Positions 55,201 to 64,000 of a stretch of DNA of 64,000 nucleotides are shown piece by piece. The notes beneath the pieces were generated by a model. That model saw nothing but the letters and a program-made list of their open reading frames with translations, was not told the DNA's origin and ran no database searches. How positions within the stretch are numbered: position 1 is the first letter of the stretch; each line of letters starts with the position of its first letter. Source of the stretch: Chlorokybus atmophyticus (taxonomy: Eukaryota; Plantae; Mesostigma and Chlorokybus algae); the NCBI GenBank assembly GCA_009103225.1, contig RHPI01003156.1, positions 1,174,159 through 1,238,158 of the forward strand. The letters are read 5' to 3'. Made by a program: the position numbers and the translations under genes.

Positions 55201-55329
55201 GATTTTAAACTGGAGGTGAGCATAAAAATAGTACCATTTGCACAAGATTACAAATAGTCCACTGCATTTATCTACCTCTGTGCTGGATGAACCCATCATG
55301 CAACTCCCTCACCAATTTGCGGTCACTTA

Positions 55330-58665
<3,336 letters not shown>

Positions 58666-58759
58666 TACATCATACGTGAGTGCTGTCATCAGTGGCAAGG
58701 TAATGATGCTGTCTGTGGTTCTCTCATTACTAGAACAGCAAGAGTTCAAGTACAGCTAC

Positions 58760-59900
58760 AGACTTTGCTTCCTGCCTACCACCACACACACCTGCCCACA
58801 CGAGCACACGTGCATGTGTGACCCGGCAGCAGCCGCCAGTGCAGCGTCCGCCTCGGATGTCGATGCTGACGTCTGGACGGGTCCCCAGCCTGGCACGGCG
58901 GCCACCACCGCCGCTCCTCGCTCCAGGACGGTGAGGCCTTGCGCCCGCTGTAGCGCGCAGGCCACCCGCTGCCCATAAAGTGCCCATAAGGTGGCCTGGC
59001 AGGCGGCGCAGCGGCAAGTCGCGTGCAGCTATTGCATGGCGAGCGCAGGTGTCGATGACGTCGTGGAATGCCCTGCCGAGGGTACCGTGGGTCTCAGCTG
59101 CCAGGGGATGGAAAGTGTCGGTGGCCGGGTGATCGTGGTATTCTCGCCGCTTCGCCTGCTCCGCCTGCTCCGCCGCACGTGCTGCTCCGCCCTGTTGCTC
59201 ACCGCTCGCAGTGATGGTAACATCCAGCAACATCCGTGTATCTCAACCCGGTAGTTCTGCGCAGAGTTGAGACGATTGCTGAGCCCTAGGCGTACAGGAG
59301 GATCTGGCGGCCAGTGCTTGGTTTCTATGTCATCTGTCAGGTCCCAAACTGCCAGCTGCCTTGCCATCAAACAAGTGGTGACACATGCAGCTACTGGTGG
59401 CCTGTACTTTGTGCCAGTGGTCAGTAGCTGTGACAACGTTGCTGATTGAATCAATGCAATATCGCAGCCCACAACATGCTCAAGTTGTCGATGCGCATGA
59501 CATGCCAGATGCGGTGCATAGCAATTGCACTGTGCGTCCAAGAAAGCAATTTGCGCCGTTAGCGTCACGCGGTTTGGCACAGCTGACCTGTTGCAGACTT
59601 GAACAAGGGTATTCTGATACTTCCAGTGCACAGTGAGTTCTACAAAGGATGCCCGCGGGTGTTCTGGCAGAATTGGTGTTGCAGCGGCTATGCACCCTGG
59701 CAGATTAAGCAGGTCAGCAACTTCACTTGGGAATACACAATGTATCATCAACTTGTTTGTGGTGGAAGTGCGGCGTGTAGTAGGCAGGTGCAGCGCCGCC
59801 TTCTTCAACTGTTTCTGTAGCGCCCGTACTTTTGGTGCCTGCAGACCTAACTGCGGGGTGTTTGTTCTACAGCAAGATAAGCAGGCAAAACAAATTACGT
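58760..59900 (-). mobile_element. Degenerate 3' region of a REL-endonuclease (CRE/NeSL/R2-type) non-LTR retrotransposon
   Basis: PD-like motif (PPDPPVRLG), then LLDVTIT...AEQAKRREY...FHPLAAETHGTLG...QRVACALQRAQGLTVLERGAA, the typical PD-(D/E)-K..Y..F.P..ET.G layout. Frameshifted; no RT motifs seen. Confidence 0.55.
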
Positions 59901-60228
59901 TCACTGTATGCAGCCAACATACTGGCACCGAATTTACCACATTGCATGCAACTCTGCAGGTAACGTGACCGGCGTATGTAGTCATGATAAGCATAGTGAT
60001 GTGGCAAGCGGGCTTGAACAGGCATGGCAACATATGCGACAGGCTCTGTGGCGTATTGCAAGACTTGTATATTTGAGAACAGGACGAGCTTGCACAATAT
60101 CAACATGCATAATTTATACATCATGGGGAAGAAAAGTGCCCCAGTACTATACACGCCCACTAGGTGAAGGCAGCGCACTATCCACCTCCCAACACAATCT
60201 ATAAGAGAGCGCACTTACACGTAAACAA

Positions 60229-62986
60229 CTATCGCGACTGGACCAGCACATCAACGGGACCCTTGGGCTTCAGCACAAAGCTGGCTTGAACCTCAAGAGG
60301 TGTGTCTGATATCAACTTGAACGTGTAGCGTTGGTACAACCGAACAAGAGTCAACTTCGCCTCTTGCATGGCAAACTTCCAGCCTGCCAACACCACGAGG
60401 TCATCTAGGTACCTGATTACTGACCATAATAGTGTGCGAGGTGTTGTTTTTGCAGAACAGAGTAGTACAAAGATGTACAGCACACTTACCAATGCACATG
60501 CGCGCGCCAACACCAAAGGGTATCCAAGTGTAAGGGGAGACTTCTTTGCCAGGCAGGAACCTTTCTGGTATAAAGGCGTCTGGATTTGGGAAATACTGCG
60601 GATTGCGCTGAACAGCATATATTGGGACGAAGACGCTCGTGCCTTTTGGTATATGGTACTTCCCGATAGTTGTGTCTGTCTCTGCCCAACGCATGACCAA
60701 CAGGCCCGGCGGGTACAGGCGCAGGGTCTCCTTGATCACACAGTCCACATACGGGTACTTGGACTCAATGTCTTCATATGTCACAGCGCTGTTGCGGCCG
60801 GCTGCATCAATCTCAGCAAGCAGCTTGGCCTCCACTTCAGGATGCCGAGACAGCAAGTCAACAGCAAACGCAAGCGTGTCTGCGATGCGCAGCTAAGAAT
60901 CAATGGCTGCCAAACCAACTTGATGAACAATAAGGATTTAGTGTTGGCCACTCACTTGCGGTTGTCTCGAAACCAGCTTGAAGGAACTCATACGCTTGCG
61001 CCTGGCACATGTAGTCAGAATAGTGTCACATGAGAACTGCAAGTCTTTGTTGCAACCATGACATTCCGTTTTTGCAGTGGTATGGACAAAAAGAATGCGT
61101 TACCCGAAGTTCCTTCTCGCTGAACGGTCGATCTGCTGCTTTGTTGTGGCCGCGAAGGAGCAGGGATAGGAAATCAAACTTAGACCCTGTAAGGATGCAA
61201 TGCATCATCAATAATGAGGATGCAATGCATCGTCAGTACTGATGATGCACTTTACGCTAGGATGTACCACGGGGAAGTTACTACTTGAACAGCCAAGCAA
61301 TCAAGTCAAATCAACAATCACAACCAGAGAGCTTTTCGTTGCATGTGTAGCAAGCCTTTCAAGTTATCCAACACAGCTGCCCCAATTGCGTACCTCTATC
61401 TGTGTCGGTCGCTCGCTGGCGTACCACCTCACCTGACTTGCTCAAAACAAACAAGCGAGCAAGGTTGGCAGCGTGTGCAGTTGTCCAAGGTAGCATGCGG
61501 TTGACCAGCATCAACATGCCACCTGCGCATCACACATATGGTCATGCCCAACAGCATTTGTGAACCCTCATGTTGACTAACTGCATGCCAGCTGCATTCG
61601 CTTACCAATGGGCCGGCACACGACAAGTGCCAACAATGCAAGGTTGGCGCCGCGCGCCACTGAACTGGAGTCTATGATCTTGGCTGTTGCCTCTGCCAGC
61701 GGCCGTGCAGATGCATCCTTTGCAAAGTCTATGCCAAATGCGCTGGTGCCAATCACCTGCAAGCATGCGAACACCGTTTGGTTCTTGGCATGTCAACGGC
61801 TGCCTGCCACAAATAAGAATGCATTGTGCAGTATTGAGCTGCTCGTAACCTGCAAAGCGAGCTGCTTGAAGTGATCGCTTATGCGCACAGGCTTGTCGGA
61901 ATTGGCATGTGCCAATGCTTCAACGACTGCATCGGCTGCACTGTTCATCAGCGAGCTGAACTGCTTCAGCCGTTCGGTGTGAAACATTGGCACCACCGCG
62001 CTTCGTGCGCTCTCCCAGTATTTCCCACTGCAACCAATGTCTTGTTAAAGTGACTGCAATTCGCTTCGATGCGCGCATGTGTGCTTGTATGCATATATGT
62101 GTGGGCGCGTGTGTGTGTGCATGTGTGCGTGCGTGCGTGCGTGTGCAAGTGTATGCGCAGCTGCTTACCGGCTCATGAGCATACCCATCGACGTCTCTGG
62201 TGGTTCCCAGTAAGGCATGGGACCCACACGGTCTCTGAAGGTCTTTGAGTCCAGGCCAACAGTCTTGATGAACTCTGGCGATGTGACAATGGCAACAACT
62301 TGCGTGCCAAAGGCGTACTTGTAGATCGCACCATAGTCTGCAGTCCACTTCCTGCTTACGACTGTTGGTCATTTGGCAAACAGCTCAACACGTCATGCAA
62401 AAGGCCAGTGCGTTGACAGAGAAGCTGCTAGTCAAGACATGTATGCACGAACACTGCACAACTGCATGCACACCAACGCGCGCATGTATTCTGCAACTAC
62501 AGCACGTCTGTAACCGTACGCAACTACCTTCTGAGCAGTTATAGGGTCCAAACCTGTGCATTTCATGTGGTTTGTAGCGAATGTATTCGGGCAGGTTGCC
62601 GAGTAGCCAGTGCGGCGTGGGTCCAGGCAGGCCGGGCAGCTTGAATCGGGGCAGAAAGCCGTACACGACCACTGTTGCAATGACAGCAGAGAGACAAGCG
62701 GTGACCCATGCGGCCGGCGTCAAAGCCACGGGAACAGAAAGCCATGTGAAGAGCAGCGCGAGCGCCGGTGCCAGCGGCGCGTATGTGAGCAGCAGCTGGC
62801 CAGGCAGGGTTGTGTTAGGGAAGGTTGGCCAATTGAAAATACATGTATGTACTTGATTGCATGCAAAGCACATGCTTGCCAAGAACATCTGGGGCACAAT
62901 AGCCGGCGCTCTACTTGTATCAATGCGATTGGACAACATAACCAACAAGGAAGGAGGACAAACCACATAGCCACCTGTCTGTGCAT
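60229..62986 (-). CDS. Cytochrome P450 of the CYP711 clan (MAX1-like); start codon uncertain
   Basis: TM anchor plus LPGPTPHWLLGNL, IGTSAFG, I-helix AYEFLQAGFETTA, LLAEID, KYPYVDCVIKETLR (ExxR), PERF, heme motif PFGVGARMCIG, FAMQEAKLTLVRLYQRYTF. About 9 exons. First exon tentatively MHRQ (ATG 62986). Confidence 0.85.
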
Positions 62987-63699
62987 GTAGCTATCAAGTT
63001 TGACAACATGTCCTGTCTGGCTGTGCCTCGAGCCAACTGTGCCCCAAGCCATCATGTAGCTGGACGCCGGCTGCATGCATGCAACATGTGGTATAGAGAT
63101 TGCCTTGCCTAGTGTCTAGCATGCATGATTTCTATACTGCATATGAAGTTGGGTAGTGAGGACTGCGAGATGCATGCACAATCACACAAGCACTTTAAGA
63201 CATGCATGTGAGACTTTATGGTATGGAGCCACATCACCAGGTGTGCAACTAGTCTGCAGAAGAATTTAACACGTGAAGGAAACGCAACTGCTAGCATACA
63301 CGTCAGCGCACTCAACAGCAAGAGTGCTGCAGAAGGAACTAAGCGACTGAGCTCTTGTTGCTGTTGCAGCTGTACAAAGCTAAGCTAACAAACTCAGCAG
63401 GAAGCATCCTACGTTAGCCTAGCGTTGCAAGCGTTGAGCCTGCGTCATTACTACATGAAAGCTGCTTAGGCGGGATGTAAACTGCGCAAGCTCAGCAAGC
63501 AAAGTCCCAACAACCGCGAAGATGGCTCTGCGCCAACGGCGACAACTCCAAGGCCCACAGCACTCACCTCACTGGTCTTCCTCATCGTCATACAGTCAAT
63601 TGGCTGCACCGGCTCTTGATTGCGACTGTTGTGCTTACAGCCACAACCAGCTCAACGTCCCACCTATGCCGCCGCCAATTTTGCCGCCGCCACCGCCAC

Positions 63700-63870
63700 C
63701 GCCACCGCCGTCTACGCTGCAGCAGTGCCTATAGGCAACGTGTCGCTTGCGCGCTTCGAAAAGCGCAGGCCGTAGCTGTCCTGGACAAGGCAGCGGCCAT
63801 GACGGACACGACACGAAGAGCGGACGCGATGTGGGCGACCACGACGTCAGAGACCTTCATGACGACATAG
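63700..63870 (+). mobile_element. Extreme 3' ORF fragment of the same REL retrotransposon family
   Basis: YRQRVACALRKAQAVAVLDKAAA matches QRVACALQRAQGLTVLERGAA of the 58.9 kb copy. Confidence 0.55.
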
Positions 63871-64000
63871 TCATACAGTAGAATAATAATCGCTTGTGTT
63901 AGCTGGTTGGTTGGTTATTCTGTATTGACCTCGCACACTGCCGTTGTGGCCTTTTGCAATATAGTCCCTGTTGAGTGTTGTGCTGCTTCTCGGCGGCGGA

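Overview
Intron-rich eukaryotic nuclear DNA from a green alga. It is most plausibly an early-diverging streptophyte; this is inferred from a four-domain PHYLLO with an intact ICS domain, a plant organellar DNA polymerase, a short-tailed CP29 and telo-box promoters. Exon chains were reconstructed by hand. In order, the genes are: a 5'-partial unknown gene (-), PHYLLO (+), P5CS (-), N-acetylglutamate synthase (+), organellar DNA polymerase POP (+), a secreted GPI-anchored Spondin_N-domain protein (+), RPT1 (-), a plastid OAS-thiol-lyase (+), a small basic two-exon gene (+), a second cysteine synthase of alphaproteobacterial/fungal type (-), LHCB4/CP29 (+) and a CYP711-clan P450 (-). Repeats comprise two TIR/TA-bounded, intron-containing, defective pogo-type transposons, several 3' fragments of a restriction-like-endonuclease (REL) non-LTR retrotransposon family, a probable hAT remnant and long microsatellites. 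The top candidate for a new system is the Spondin_N gene. Its predicted mature protein starts with His1, which is probably disulfide-tethered next to a His-His-His loop, and it ends in a GPI signal. It lies behind two dense GTAC clusters (8 in 195 bp and 12 in 510 bp), the core bound by the copper regulators CRR1/SPL7. This suggests a copper-regulated cell-surface metal-binding protein analogous to fungal Bim1. Other points are P5CS and NAGS sharing a 241-bp divergent promoter, two unrelated cysteine synthases 4 kb apart, frequent GC-AG introns, and an identical 15-mer telo-box in two bidirectional promoters. No database searches were possible, so family assignments rest on recognised motifs.
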